Positions 8,418 to 19,327 of a stretch of DNA of 64,000 bases are shown here, piece after piece. The first letter of the stretch is position 1. Each line of letters starts with the position of its first letter. A program made the position numbers and the translations under genes. This stretch comes from Vulcanimicrobiota bacterium (GTDB lineage Bacteria; Vulcanimicrobiota; Vulcanimicrobiia; Vulcanimicrobiales; Vulcanimicrobiaceae), in assembly GCA_963795855.1 (NCBI GenBank), contig CAWCIZ010000004.1:160001-224000 (forward strand), in the 5' to 3' direction. The notes beneath the pieces were generated by a model. It was not told the DNA's origin, ran no database searches, and saw only the letters and a program-made list of their open reading frames with translations.

Positions 8418-9961
8418 CCGGCAATGCGCGCGGCCGCAAAGGCCACGAGCAGCAGCGTTTCTACGAGCGAGCAGAAGATGCCCGCCGCGATCGATCCGCC
8501 CATCGTGCGCAGCACGACGAGGGTCATGACTGCGGCAATCAACGGCGGAGCGGCGAACAGATACGTAATCAGCGCGCGCACGAACGCAAGCGGTCCGCGC
8601 TGATCGATCGTTGAAGGGAAGAGCGCATACAACGCAAGTCCGACCGCGCGAAGATACAGCACGAGCGCGATTGCAATCGGAATGCCCGCGGCAGCGACGG
8701 CACCCGCGTGCAGCGCGAGCGCCCACGAGCCGATGCCGATTCCCAAGCACGCCGCAAGGCGCCACGACGTGCCGGCGATCCAAGCGAAAAGCCGCAGCCA
8801 AAGCGGATCGCGGCCCATCCACCACAGGGGTTTGGAAATATCTGAAGAGAGCGCTACCGCGGAGCCCATTGCGACGAAAATCACGATCATATTTCCGGCC
8901 ATCGCTGCGAACGCCGCCGTCTCGCCCAGTTTGTCCGCCGATCCGGCGATGACTCGCCCGAAAAGCGCGCCGACTGCCGCGCACGCCAACAAACCGAAGT
9001 AAAACATGCGTTGCATCGACGGCGAACGCACGAAGGCAATCCACTCTTTCCAAACGATCGTCCACGGACCGCGAAATACGTCGAAGATTGGATGCGCGCC
9101 CGACGCTGCGTGCTGCCGATAACTGTGCTCGATCGAAAGCACTGCCGCGCCGCGGCGCCGATCCCGAAACTCCAGCACACGGAGCGAAGAGGCGTAGAGA
9201 TCTGGGTAAAGTCCCGCGCCGCAAAAATAGGCAAGCACGATAGCCAGCGCGGCCGCGCAATACAAGGCAGCGATCGCCGCGAAGTGCCCGTCGAACAGCG
9301 CGGTGAAGGCGAATCCCGCCCCGATGTGTTCGAGCCGATGCGCCCAGAGCCGATCCGTCGAGTCTGCGGGCAGACTTGCGAATAGCACGGACATCGGCAG
9401 AATTCCAACCGCCGCCACTGCGCCCGCAAGGCTTTGCGCGGTTCGGATGCCGGTAATCCGCCGAAGCTTGAGCATCGGAATCGCCGTTGCCGTCGCAATT
9501 ATGGTTCCACCGATCATCGCGAGGCCTATTCCGGCGAACGTTCCGGATCGAGAGAACACGAGAGCGTAAAGCAGCAGGGTGAAGAAGAGACGCGCAATTG
9601 CGGATCCGGAGCGGCGCAGTTGCAGCCACATGACGACCAGCCGCTGCGATATCAGCGAGCCGGTGAGAAAGCGCGCATCCGAAGCGGATGAAAACGCGCC
9701 GACGATTCCCGACGCTGCACCGTACATCATGATCCCGAGCAGCGTAATGTACGCGAAAAACAGACCGCTCGCGTATGGCTCCGGTATGGCGAAAACCGGC
9801 AGCGCGTGATGAGCGCGCGAGCGCAGCACCGTGGCGACTACGAAGTATCCCACCGCAAGCAGGTAAAGCACCATACGGCTGGGCCGGCGCAGCGCTTCTC
9901 GAATCCGGTTGACGATCTGCCGGGACTCGAGATACGCCAGCGCGGAAAGGTCGGCGATCAT
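8381..9961 (-). CDS. Putative ABC exporter membrane subunit
   Basis: Many TM helices; coupled by ATGA overlap to the upstream ABC ATPase. Confidence 0.8.
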   Translation of the reverse strand: MIADLSALAYLESRQIVNRIREALRRPSRMVLYLLAVGYFVVATVLRSRAHHALPVFAIPEPYASGLFFAYITLLGIMMYGAASGIVGAFSSASDARFLTGSLISQRLVVMWLQLRRSGSAIARLFFTLLLYALVFSRSGTFAGIGLAMIGGTIIATATAIPMLKLRRITGIRTAQSLAGAVAAVGILPMSVLFASLPADSTDRLWAHRLEHIGAGFAFTALFDGHFAAIAALYCAAALAIVLAYFCGAGLYPDLYASSLRVLEFRDRRRGAAVLSIEHSYRQHAASGAHPIFDVFRGPWTIVWKEWIAFVRSPSMQRMFYFGLLACAAVGALFGRVIAGSADKLGETAAFAAMAGNMIVIFVAMGSAVALSSDISKPLWWMGRDPLWLRLFAWIAGTSWRLAACLGIGIGSWALALHAGAVAAAGIPIAIALVLYLRAVGLALYALFPSTIDQRGPLAFVRALITYLFAAPPLIAAVMTLVVLRTMGGSIAAGIFCSLVETLLLVAFAAARIAGQGTGFARAEAM

Positions 9962-10669
9962 CGCGTCAATTCGAGGAAGAGGTCTTCGGCGTTTGAGTGC
10001 GTTCCGGCACGCTCCTGCAGTTCTTCAAACGTCCCCGCGGCGATCGTGCGTCCGTTTTTCAAGATCACGACCCGATCGCAAACGACCTGCGCCTGCTCCA
10101 GCATGTGCGTGCTGATGACCACCGCTTTACCGCCGGCGCGCAGGTTGCGGATGATTTCGCGCAGACTCGCGTTGGCCAAGCGGATCGAGCCCAATCATCG
10201 GCTCGTCGAATAGAATGACCGGCGTCGCGGACAGAACCGTGGCCGCAACGAGGGTTTTCTGGCGCATGCCTTTCGAAAGCGAAGCGCCCAGCGTGTCGCG
10301 CTGATCGCTCATGCCGAAACCGCGAAGCAGTTCTTCCGCGCGCGTTTGCCAGCCGTCTTCCAGGCGGCAACTTTTCGCCACGAACACCATATGCTCCCAA
10401 ACGGTAAGCATCGGATAGACGTCCGGCGTCTCGGGAATCAGCGCAATGGTGCGACCTCTGCTCGAGCCGAGCTCGCGCCCATCCCAGGCGAACGTACCCC
10501 GATCTGCGCGCAAAAGGCCGGCGGCACACATGAACGTCGTACTCTTCCCGGCGCCGTTCGGGCCCAGCAGCCCGACGATCTCGCCGCCGCGCACCTCGAA
10601 CGAAACGTCTTCGACGGCGTTTTTATTTCCGAAGCGTTTGCTCAGGCCGCTCACTCGCAGGACGGGCAT
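9958..10669 (-). CDS. ABC transporter ATP-binding protein (one extra base at ~10165)
   Basis: Walker A GPNGAGKST, LSKGMRQK, FDEP. Removing A10165 restores DPLGQRELREIIRNL...STH; probably a sequencing error. Confidence 0.88.
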
Positions 10670-11822
10670 AACCGCTAATCCCAGCGGCTCGCGCTTGTTC
10701 CCTGCGCATGATCCGAATGAATACGAAAGGCGCGGCAATCAGCGGGGCGGCGGCGCAAGCGGAAATGGCCGCCGCGTAAGACAGGCCGAATCTGGTAAGC
10801 AACGCCGCCAGCAGCGCTCCGCTCGAGGTTCCGATCGCGAAGGAAAGATTGTAAGCGCCCATGGCGGCGCCGCGCGTTCCGGGCGTGCTTTGCTCGAAGA
10901 ACAGCCCCACGCCCACGGGCACGACCGCGGACCACGCGATGCCGAGCAGTGCGCCCGCAAGCAGCACGCTTGCAGTCGTATGCGCCGAAGCTGCAACTAG
11001 GCATCCCGCGACTTGCGCAACCGCGACCGGCACCGTCATGAAGCGCGGGCCGTACTGTTCCACAAAACGTCCTGCGGGATAGCGAAACGCCGCAGTTACG
11101 ATCGCCATCGAGGTAAAGATGAGCGCGCCGTTGACGATGCCGCGCTGCGTGAACGTCACGACCGCAAGCGCGGTATTCACTCCGCTCTGCATTGCAGCGG
11201 CGCTGAGAAACGCGAGCGCGGGCAGCCACGCGGAACGCATCAGAATCAGGCGCGACCGGCGCTGCGGACGCGCATCGCGCTTCTGCGGCAAGAACCAAAG
11301 CACGATGCCGCCTGCAAGCGTAAGCGCAGCGCCGTATGCAAACTGCCCGCGCCCGATTCCGGAGTTCCACAGCCAAACGCCGACCGCAGGCGCGAACGCG
11401 AAAACGAGATTCGCGATCATGCCGAGCGTCGATACCGCCGAGACCGACCGGTCTTGTGGCACGATTTCCGAAACGTACGCAAATTCCGCCGTTACGTAAC
11501 TCATCATCGAAAAGCCGCGCAGTCCCATCAGCACTCCGCCCCATGCAGGCCCGCGCAAAAACGCCATTCCGAAGGTTGAAAGCGCCATCAGCAGCACCGA
11601 CGCGCGAATCGTTTTCAAACGTCCGATGCGATCGACGACCGCGCCGACCGGCACGCTGCCGAGGAGTTGAGCGAACAGTCCGCCGCCCATCGCGAACGCG
11701 ACCTCGCTGCGCGTTGCACCCTCATGCAGCAGCGCGAGCGGCAGCGCGCCGATCGGCAAGTTACATGCGAATTCGCTCAGGAGCGTCGAGAAGATGAGGA
11801 AGTAAAAAGCGCGTTGCTTCAT
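10623..11822 (-). CDS. MFS transporter
   Basis: About 12 TM helices; motif A GAVVDRIGR. Confidence 0.88.
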   Translation of the reverse strand: MKQRAFYFLIFSTLLSEFACNLPIGALPLALLHEGATRSEVAFAMGGGLFAQLLGSVPVGAVVDRIGRLKTIRASVLLMALSTFGMAFLRGPAWGGVLMGLRGFSMMSYVTAEFAYVSEIVPQDRSVSAVSTLGMIANLVFAFAPAVGVWLWNSGIGRGQFAYGAALTLAGGIVLWFLPQKRDARPQRRSRLILMRSAWLPALAFLSAAAMQSGVNTALAVVTFTQRGIVNGALIFTSMAIVTAAFRYPAGRFVEQYGPRFMTVPVAVAQVAGCLVAASAHTTASVLLAGALLGIAWSAVVPVGVGLFFEQSTPGTRGAAMGAYNLSFAIGTSSGALLAALLTRFGLSYAAAISACAAAPLIAAPFVFIRIMRREQARAAGISGYARPASERPEQTLRK

Positions 11823-13644
11823 TCAGGACGACGCGATAGTTCGCGATTCGTCCCGGAATTGCTTGCGATACAAGCGCGCGTATTCTCCGCTGCGGGCCAG
11901 GAGCACGGCATGAGTGCCGCGTTCGACTATGCGACCGCGATCGACTACGAAGATGACGTCCGCCGATAAAATCGTCGAGAGGCGGTGCGCGATTGCAAGC
12001 GTCGTTCGCCCGCGCATAAGCGGAACGAGCGCCGCTTGTATGGCCGCTTCGTTGTGCGAGTCCAGCGCGCTGGTGGCTTCGTCGAGAATGAGAATTTTCG
12101 GATTCTTGAGCAGCACTCGCGCAATCGCCAAGCGTTGGCGTTCGCCGCCGGAAAGTTTGTGACCGCGCTCGCCCACGACCGTGTCGTAACCGGCCGGCAA
12201 CGACGTGATGAAATCGTCGATGTTCGCCGCGCGAGCCGCGGCGCGCAGCTCCTCCTGCGTTGCGTCCGGCTTGGCGTAGCGCAAATTCGAAGTCTACGGT
12301 GTCGTGAAAGAGATACGTTTCCTGCGTTACGATGCCGACGCCTCGCCGCAGCGATTCGAGCGTGAGCGTGCGCACGTCGTAGCCGTCAATGAGCACGCGC
12401 CCGTCATTCGGGTCGTAAAACCGCGGAACGAACTGCGTAATCGTCGTCTTTCCGCCGCCCGACGGTCCGACGAACGCGGCCACCTGACCCGGTTGGATGT
12501 GCAAATCGATTCCGTCGAGGACGGTGCGTTCGCTCGAATAGCCGAACGTCACGTTATCGAAGCGAATCTCGCCGTGTACTTCCGAAAGCGTTACCGCAGC
12601 CTGCGGTTCGTACTCCTCGGGCGCCATGTCGAGGTAATCGAAGATGCGTTCGAAGACGGCGAGCGCGCTCACGATCTGCACTTGGATGCCGGCGAGCGAT
12701 GCGGCCGGGCCGTACAGCCGCTGCTGAATGTATTGCACGAACGCGACCACGACGCCGATTGCGATCGAGCGGCTCAAGGCAAGCCAGCCGCCGCCGAGCC
12801 AAACGATGGCGGGACCGATGATCACCATCGCCGTGATCGCCGCGATGAACCACCGGCCGACCATGGCGAGGCGGACTTCCAGCTCCATCAGTTCCGTGCC
12901 GGCTTTGAAGAAGCGCGCTTTTTCGTACGCCTCACGCGCGAACGACTTGATCAGCGTAATGCCGGATATCGAAAGCGTCTCTTGCGTTATCGACTCGATC
13001 TCGTCGCGCTTCTCGCGCGTTCTGCGGCGGATTTCGTACATGCGCCGCCCGACCGGCGAGAGCGGCAACACCATCAGCGGCACGATGGCTATGGAGAGCA
13101 GCGCCAGGCGCCAATTCCAAAAGAACATCCACACGACGGTCGTCAGAATCGTCACGAAATTGGTAAGCAGGGTGGTGAACGTGCCCGTGACGACGTTGTC
13201 GATGTTGTCGACGTCGTTCGAAACGCGGTTCATGATCTCGCCGGTCTTCGTGCCGGTGAAGAACTTGAGCGGCATTCGATGCAGATGCGAGACGAGGCTC
13301 GTTCGCATGTCACGCATGATGCCTTCGCCGACGATGGAGTTCAAATAACCTTGTGCGACCGTGAGCAGCATCGTGACCAGTGCGGCTGCGAGCATGCCGC
13401 CCACGTCGATTGCGACTTCCCGAAAATTCCCGTGCGGAATCGCTTTGTCGATGATGTGTGCGATGAAATATGCCGGCGCCAAACCGACGAGCGCCGACAC
13501 CACGATGCAAAACAGCACCAAACTCTGCTGCCGCCAATATGGCGAAAACAGCGCGCCGATGCGCCGCCAATCCACGCGTTTGCGGACTTTCGGTTTGTCG
13601 GGGCTGTACATGTTGGACCACATGAGGTGGCCGCCTGACATCAC
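11823..13644 (-). CDS. Fused permease/ATPase ABC exporter, MsbA-like (one extra base at ~12293)
   Basis: TMD followed by GPSGGGKTT. Removing T12293 gives [14 protein letters not shown]...LSGGERQR...LDEATSALD. Confidence 0.9.
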
Positions 13645-13649
13645 TTTAA

Positions 13650-13837
13650 AAGGCGCTCCGGCCTAGCCTGCGCGCCCCCGAGCGAACAGGATGTGAGCCT
13701 GCCGTTCCGCACACGAGGTGCAATGGGAACGGCCACTTCGTGGGGCCCCCAAAAATTCACGGCGCCTGTATATTCTGCTCGCATGCACTCTCCCCGAGGG
13801 CGCCGCAAACCCACTGCGTGCGGCCCCCAAGCATTCA
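13650..13837 (-). repeat. Structured intergenic repeat element (tandem 27-bp repeats, hairpins, modules shared with 7243-7298)
   Basis: 13733-13759 vs 13811-13837 match at 23/27; stem GCCGTTCC...GGAACGGC at 13701-13733; terminal GC stem plus T-run just before the ABC start. Confidence 0.75.
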
Positions 13838-13845
13838 TCAATCGA

Positions 13846-14208
13846 TCAGTGCGGGACGGTGATTTGGTGCAGCGTTACTTTGTTGCCTTCGGGGTCGTGA
13901 AACGAGCCGAGTCTGCAAACGGGCGTTTCGTGAATTTCCTCCGTCTCGACGCCCTTCGATCGCAAATCCGCGAACGTTTTCTCCAAATCGTCGACTTCGA
14001 ACGCGATGCTTCCCGCGGGGCCATTGCCGCCCCACTCCGTCGTCATGAGGGAAAACCAGCCGTTGCCGATCTGCGCTTCGTCGTATTTCAAAACGCCCTC
14101 CTCACTGTATGGGGCGGAAAACTTCAGACCCAGCGCGTCCGTATAGAACGAGCGCAGCCTTTCGACGTCTTCCGCGGGATAGGCGGTGAAGGCAATGTCT
14201 TTGAGCAT
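13846..14208 (-). CDS. VOC/glyoxalase family protein
   Basis: GGAGGG RBS; FYTDALGL, IAFEVDDL, FHDPEGN. Confidence 0.9.
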   Translation of the reverse strand: MLKDIAFTAYPAEDVERLRSFYTDALGLKFSAPYSEEGVLKYDEAQIGNGWFSLMTTEWGGNGPAGSIAFEVDDLEKTFADLRSKGVETEEIHETPVCRLGSFHDPEGNKVTLHQITVPH

Positions 14209-14275
14209 GGGGACCCTCCTCGACATGCTTCGACCGGTTCCAGAACGGCGCGGTTTCACGCGCGGACGCGAGGGG

Positions 14276-15304
14276 CTATTTCTTCCCGTTGCGCAGCGCG
14301 GAGAGTTCTTTGAAGAGTTTCTTTTCTTTGTCGCTCAGGTCGGTCGGAAGCTGCCCGATGAGCCGCACGTAGAGGTCGCCCATCCCGCCGTTGCGCACCT
14401 TCGGCATGCCTCTGCCGGTTAGGCGCAGCAGGCGGTTGTTCTGCGTTCCGGACGGCACGGTCATGGTGACTTGTCCGCCCATCGTCGGCACCTTCACTTC
14501 GCCGCCTAAGACCAAATCGTAAACGCTAACGGGAAGGTCGACGTACAGGTCGTCGCCTTTGCGTTTATACGCTGCATCGTCCAACAATTTCACCACCAAA
14601 AATAAGTCGCCGTTAGGGCCGCCGGCGATTCCGGCTCCGCCTTGCCCGGCCAATCGAATGCGCTGCCCTTCGCCGATTCCCTTGGGTATTGTGACTTCGA
14701 ATTTTTTGGAGATCAGCAGCCGGCCGGTGCCGTGGCAATGCGTGCAAAGTCCGCCGCGGTCGGTTCCGGTTCCGCGGCAGCGCGGGCAGACGTCTTCGAC
14801 CTGCAGTGAAACGGATTTCTTTCCGCCGTCGTACACGTCGCGCAGTGAAAGTTCGATCGTCGTTTCGAGATCTTGTCCGCGCTGCGCGAAGCCGGTAGTT
14901 TGCGCAGTGTTGCGTTTCCCGATACCGGAGAAGAACATGTCGAAGAAGTCGGAGAAGCCGCTGGGCCCGCTTCCCTGCGATCCGCCGCCTTGCGTTCCAA
15001 AATCACCGAAACCGAAATTGAACGTCTCATGCTGCGCATTGCGGTAGCGGCGCTGCTGCTCCGCCTGTTGCGCGGCTTGCTGCCAATTGCTGCCGAGAAC
15101 GTCGTACTTGCGGCGCTTTTCCGGATCGCCGAGGACCTCGTATGCCTCTTGAATCTCTTTGAACTTTTCCTCGGCTTCTTTTTGATTGCTCGGATTCGCG
15201 TCCGGGTGCCACTTTCGCGCAAGTTTGCGATACGCGGACTTGATGTCTTTTTCCGGCGCGCTCTTTGGGATGCCGAGGAGCTGATAGTAGTCCTTATAGT
15301 TCAT
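14276..15304 (-). CDS. dnaJ: DnaJ-class co-chaperone with a reduced zinc finger
   Basis: J domain with HPD, G/F region, two CxxCxGxG motifs, C-terminal DnaJ_C. Confidence 0.9.
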   Translation of the reverse strand: MNYKDYYQLLGIPKSAPEKDIKSAYRKLARKWHPDANPSNQKEAEEKFKEIQEAYEVLGDPEKRRKYDVLGSNWQQAAQQAEQQRRYRNAQHETFNFGFGDFGTQGGGSQGSGPSGFSDFFDMFFSGIGKRNTAQTTGFAQRGQDLETTIELSLRDVYDGGKKSVSLQVEDVCPRCRGTGTDRGGLCTHCHGTGRLLISKKFEVTIPKGIGEGQRIRLAGQGGAGIAGGPNGDLFLVVKLLDDAAYKRKGDDLYVDLPVSVYDLVLGGEVKVPTMGGQVTMTVPSGTQNNRLLRLTGRGMPKVRNGGMGDLYVRLIGQLPTDLSDKEKKLFKELSALRNGKK

Positions 15305-15828
15305 GCGCTCTTTGCGACGATGACCTTCGCGGGACGCAAAATCTCCGCGCCCATGGTGTACGCCTTTTGCGCTTCTTCGAGCACGGTGTCGTCTTCCACA
15401 CCGGAAGCTTCCTGCGTGCCGATAGCCTCAGCCAGTTTCGGGTCGAATTTTTGCCCCTTGAGCGAGACCGGTTTGACGCCTTCCATACTGAGCACCGCTT
15501 CGAACCCTTTGAGCGTCTGTTGAACGCCGTTGCGCAGAGCCTCGAGCGAGGTTTCTTCCACGGAGAGAGCGCGCTCGAGGTTGTCTATGACGGGAAGAAA
15601 GCTTTTCAACAGTTCGCGCCGCCCGGAATCGGAAATTTCGCGAATGTTTCGTTCGATGCGTTTCTTGTAGTTCTCGAAATCCGCCATTGCGAGAAGGAAC
15701 TTGTTGTAGTTGTCTTCCGCGCGCGCGTTCGCCGCGTCGATCTGCGACTGCAGATCGGCGACCGATGCGCCGCCGCCGTTTTCAGACGCTGCGGGAACGT
15801 CTGCTTCCGTTACGTATTCGTCTTGCAT
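15301..15828 (-). CDS. grpE: Nucleotide exchange factor GrpE
   Basis: [31 protein letters not shown]. Confidence 0.95.
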   Translation of the reverse strand: MQDEYVTEADVPAASENGGGASVADLQSQIDAANARAEDNYNKFLLAMADFENYKKRIERNIREISDSGRRELLKSFLPVIDNLERALSVEETSLEALRNGVQQTLKGFEAVLSMEGVKPVSLKGQKFDPKLAEAIGTQEASGVEDDTVLEEAQKAYTMGAEILRPAKVIVAKSA

Positions 15829-15852
15829 AAATAATCGTAAATAACAGTGCGT

Positions 15853-15932
15853 TTTTGCTGCGGAACGAGGCTGCGTGAAGCCCGGTGCTAGTTTGCTAGG
15901 CCGGGCTTCACGCTACGGCGTTCCGCACAAAA
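15853..15932. repeat. Long inverted repeat between dnaK and grpE
   Basis: Perfect 13-bp stem GCGTGAAGCCCGG/CCGGGCTTCACGC (15873-15885/15901-15913), extended by TTTTGCTGCGGAACG/CGTTCCGCACAAAA. Confidence 0.8.
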
Positions 15933-15938
15933 GTGCCG

Positions 15939-17795
15939 TTATTTTGCTTCCTTGAATTCGGCGTCGATTACATCTTCAGCCGGTTCCTGAGTCTCCGCGC
16001 CGGCTTCACCTTGGGTCGCGCCTGCGGCTTCGCCGTCCTGCGCGGCGCCGTTTGAGCTCGCCGTCGTCTTTTGGTACAGCAGTTCGGCCATCTTGTAGCT
16101 GGCTTGCTGCAGCCGTTCGATCGCGGGCTTCAGCTCCGCAACGGTTGCGTTCTCGTGCAGCCGTTTGAGCTCGCCAAGCGCGCTTTCGACTTCGCCCCGA
16201 GCGCCGGCGTCGAGTTTGTCGCCGACTTCCTTAAGCGATTTCTCGGTGGAGTACACCAAACTCGAAGCTTGGTTGCGCACTTCGGCCTCTTCACGCTTGG
16301 CTTTGTCCGCAGCAGCCTGCAGCTCCGCATCTTTGACCATGCGCTCGACTTCGTCTTTCGACAGATTCGTCGAAGCGGTGATCGTGATCTGCTGCTCTTT
16401 GCCGGTGCCGAGATCTTTTGCGCTCACGTTCACGATGCCGTTGGCATCGATGTTGAACGTCACTTCGATCTGCGGTACGCCGCGCGGTGCGGCGGGAATG
16501 CCTTCCAAGCGGAAGCGCCCGAGCGTCTTGTTGTCGAGCGCCATGGGCCGTTCGCCTTGCAGCACGTGGATGTCGACCGACGTTTGACCGTCTTCGGCCG
16601 TCGTGAAGACTTGCGACTTCTTCGTCGGAATCGTCGTGTTGCGTTCGATGAGCGCGGTCATTACGCCGCCGAGCGTTTCCAAGCCCAATGAGAGCGGGGT
16701 CACGTCGAGCAGAACGACGTCGCGCACTTCGCCCGCGAGGACGCCGGCTTGAATCGCGGCGCCGACCGCGACGACTTCGTCGGGGTTGACGCTCAGATTC
16801 GGCTCTTTGCCGGTCAATTTCTTGACGAGTTCCTGAATAACCGGCATGCGCGTCGATCCGCCGACCATGACGACTTCGTCGATCTGCGAGATGTCGATCT
16901 TCGCGTCGGCCAGCGCATTCTTGAACGGCTGCACGCAACGGTCGGTGAGATCGCTGGTGAGTTCCTCGAACTTGGCGCGGGTGAGCGTGAAGTCGAGATG
17001 CTTGGGTCCGTTCTGATCCGCTGTGATGAACGGCAGGTTTATGCTCGTCTGCACGACGGAACTCAACTCGATTTTCGCCTTTTCCGCGGCCTCGGTCAGA
17101 CGCTGCATGGCTTGCTTGTCGCCGCTCAGGTCGATGCCTTGCTCTTTGCGGAATTCGGAAACGAGCCACTCGACGATGCGATGATCGTAATCGTCGCCGC
17201 CCAAGTGCGTGTCGCCGTTCGTGGCCTTTACTTCGAAGACGCCGTCACCGACTTCGAGAATCGAAACGTCGAACGTGCCGCCGCCGAGATCCCAGACGAG
17301 GATCGTTTCGCTGCCCTTTTTGTCCAAACCGTACGCCAGGGCCGCGGCCGTGGGTTCGTTGATGATGCGCAGAACGTCCAGTCCGGCGATTTTGCCGGCG
17401 TCTTTGGTTGCCTGGCGCTGCGAGTCGTTGAAGTATGCGGGAACCGTGATGACCGCTTTCGTGACGCGCTCACCCAGATAGTTGCTCGCATCGTTGACGA
17501 GTTTTTGCAGAATCATCGCCGAGATCTCTTGCGGCGAATATTCTTTGCCGTCGATCTTGACGTGATAATCGGTGCCCATGTGCCGCTTGATCGAGGCAAT
17601 GGTGCGATCCGGATTCGTGATGGCTTGGCGTTTCGCGAGTTGTCCCACGAGACGCTCGCCGGTTTTGGTGAACGCCACTACCGACGGAGTCGTGCGCGAC
17701 CCTTCGGCGTTGGCGATAACGGTGGGCGAAGAGCCCTCCATTACGGCGACGACGGAATTCGTCGTGCCCAGGTCGATGCCGACCACTTTTGCCAT
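15939..17795 (-). CDS. dnaK: Chaperone DnaK (Hsp70)
   Basis: [26 protein letters not shown]-terminal DAEF. Confidence 0.98.
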   Translation of the reverse strand: MAKVVGIDLGTTNSVVAVMEGSSPTVIANAEGSRTTPSVVAFTKTGERLVGQLAKRQAITNPDRTIASIKRHMGTDYHVKIDGKEYSPQEISAMILQKLVNDASNYLGERVTKAVITVPAYFNDSQRQATKDAGKIAGLDVLRIINEPTAAALAYGLDKKGSETILVWDLGGGTFDVSILEVGDGVFEVKATNGDTHLGGDDYDHRIVEWLVSEFRKEQGIDLSGDKQAMQRLTEAAEKAKIELSSVVQTSINLPFITADQNGPKHLDFTLTRAKFEELTSDLTDRCVQPFKNALADAKIDISQIDEVVMVGGSTRMPVIQELVKKLTGKEPNLSVNPDEVVAVGAAIQAGVLAGEVRDVVLLDVTPLSLGLETLGGVMTALIERNTTIPTKKSQVFTTAEDGQTSVDIHVLQGERPMALDNKTLGRFRLEGIPAAPRGVPQIEVTFNIDANGIVNVSAKDLGTGKEQQITITASTNLSKDEVERMVKDAELQAAADKAKREEAEVRNQASSLVYSTEKSLKEVGDKLDAGARGEVESALGELKRLHENATVAELKPAIERLQQASYKMAELLYQKTTASSNGAAQDGEAAGATQGEAGAETQEPAEDVIDAEFKEAK

Positions 17796-17922
17796 GAATT
17801 GTTACTCACTTTCCGAGCCCATGGACCAGCTGTTCGGGAGCGCGCAGTGCGCAGTCCCTACTAAGCCTTGCCGCTTACTGAGCTCAAGGACGGTAGATAC
17901 CAAGGTACGGTCTCAATCATAC

Positions 17923-17948
17923 TACGCGATTCAACCGTACGTGTTCCA
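17923..17948 (-). promoter_or_regulatory. Candidate ECF-sigma promoter of the dnaK operon
   Basis: TGGAAC-N16-CGTA on the minus strand, resembling SigW/SigH-type consensus. Confidence 0.4.
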
Positions 17949-17983
17949 CCATCCACAACAGCTTTCAGGGCCGAAGGATGCAG

Positions 17984-18012
17984 GAAAGCCCTGCCGGCGG
18001 GGCAGGGCTTTC
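17984..18012 (-). terminator. Terminator hairpin downstream of htrA
   Basis: GAAAGCCCTGCC-ggcgg-GGCAGGGCTTTC 12-bp stem immediately after the htrA stop. Confidence 0.8.
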
Positions 18013-18018
18013 GGGACT

Positions 18019-19266
18019 TCAGGGATTCTGATCCGGCGGTCCTTGCTCGTCCGGAGGTCCGCTTTGCTGCTGCTCGTACCCCGTTTGAGCGGGCCGCGCG
18101 CCGAGCGTGGCTTGGACCAACCGGCGCGTGCCCTGCGACCAGATCTCCAGATTGACTTTGTCGCCGGCCTTGTGTTTGCCGATGTCGGCGACCAGCGTCT
18201 GATAATTGTCGTAGCTCTTGCCGTTGACTTTGAGAATCACGTCGCCCGGATTGATGCCGGCTTGGTCTGCGGGCGAGCCGCTCGCGACTTGGTAGATTGC
18301 CACGCCGCCTTGGCCGCGGTACCCCGTCTGACTGCGGAACCCGTTCGTCACCGGGCCTAGGACAACGCCGAGGAACGCCTGCGCCGGCGGTTCCGTGACG
18401 CCCGGATGCGCGATCATTTCTGAGACGACGCGCCTGACGGTATTCGACGGTATTGCGAAGCCGATGCCTTCCGCTCCACCCCGGAGCGTTGACTGGTTGA
18501 CGCCGATGACGTCGCCGTTCATATCGATGAGCGGACCGCCGGAATTACCCGGGTTGATCGGCGCCGACGTCTGAAGCAAGCCTTTGAACGTAATCGTCTG
18601 ACCGGTCTCGGTTTGAATCGGTTCCGTCCGGTTGAAAGCGGAGACGACGCCGAAGCTGACGCTTTGCTGCAGCTCGTACGGTTCGCCGATCGCGATCGCC
18701 CACTGCCCTTGCTGGAGCTTGTCGGAATCCGCGAGGTTCAGCGCGGGCGGAAGGCCCTTGGTGTCCACGCGAATGACCGCGAGATCCGCCCCCACGTTCG
18801 CTGCCAGCAGCTTGGCTTTGACGCGGGCATTGTTCGGGAAGGTCACGGTGATGTCGCTGACCTGGGCGTTGGGAAGCGGCGGCCGCACGACGTGCGCGTT
18901 CGTGACGATGTCGCCTTTGTTGTCGAAGACGAATCCGGATCCGGATGCTTTGCCGCTGAAACTCTGCGGCACGCTGGGTCCTTGCTGGCCGAAAAATTGC
19001 TGTAGTAACGGGTCGACCGGCACGTATTCTTTGCCATTTACGGTCACCGTGATCGCGACCACGGACGGCTTGGTGCGCTTGACCGCATTGACGATTCGGT
19101 CTTGGTCGCTGCCGCCGGATAACGGTGCTGCGCTGACCGCGGGGGGCGTGCTATCCGGTCCCGCGACGTTCGAAAAGTGCGTGCTCGCATAGAGCATCAT
19201 AACGAATGCGCCGACAATCGCGCCTACGAGAGCAACGATCGCCGTCGGCATCAGGCGATTTTTCAC
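18019..19266 (-). CDS. htrA: HtrA/DegP serine protease with one PDZ domain
   Basis: N-terminal TM, TNAHVV, ADLAVI, INPGNSGGPL, PDZ. Confidence 0.94.
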   Translation of the reverse strand: MKNRLMPTAIVALVGAIVGAFVMMLYASTHFSNVAGPDSTPPAVSAAPLSGGSDQDRIVNAVKRTKPSVVAITVTVNGKEYVPVDPLLQQFFGQQGPSVPQSFSGKASGSGFVFDNKGDIVTNAHVVRPPLPNAQVSDITVTFPNNARVKAKLLAANVGADLAVIRVDTKGLPPALNLADSDKLQQGQWAIAIGEPYELQQSVSFGVVSAFNRTEPIQTETGQTITFKGLLQTSAPINPGNSGGPLIDMNGDVIGVNQSTLRGGAEGIGFAIPSNTVRRVVSEMIAHPGVTEPPAQAFLGVVLGPVTNGFRSQTGYRGQGGVAIYQVASGSPADQAGINPGDVILKVNGKSYDNYQTLVADIGKHKAGDKVNLEIWSQGTRRLVQATLGARPAQTGYEQQQSGPPDEQGPPDQNP

Positions 19267-19327
19267 GAAGTAAGTTCCTCCGGTTTTTTCTACCCCCTAC
19301 GATTACCAAAAGTAGCGGGACGCTCGC

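Noticed and set aside
13733..13837. Mini CRISPR array
   Set aside because: Only two imperfect repeats, a 51-bp spacer and no cas genes.
17867..17888. HAIR/CIRCE operator upstream of dnaK
   Set aside because: CTTGAGC-N8-CGGCAAG has the wrong spacing and a poor second arm; no CIRCE seen.
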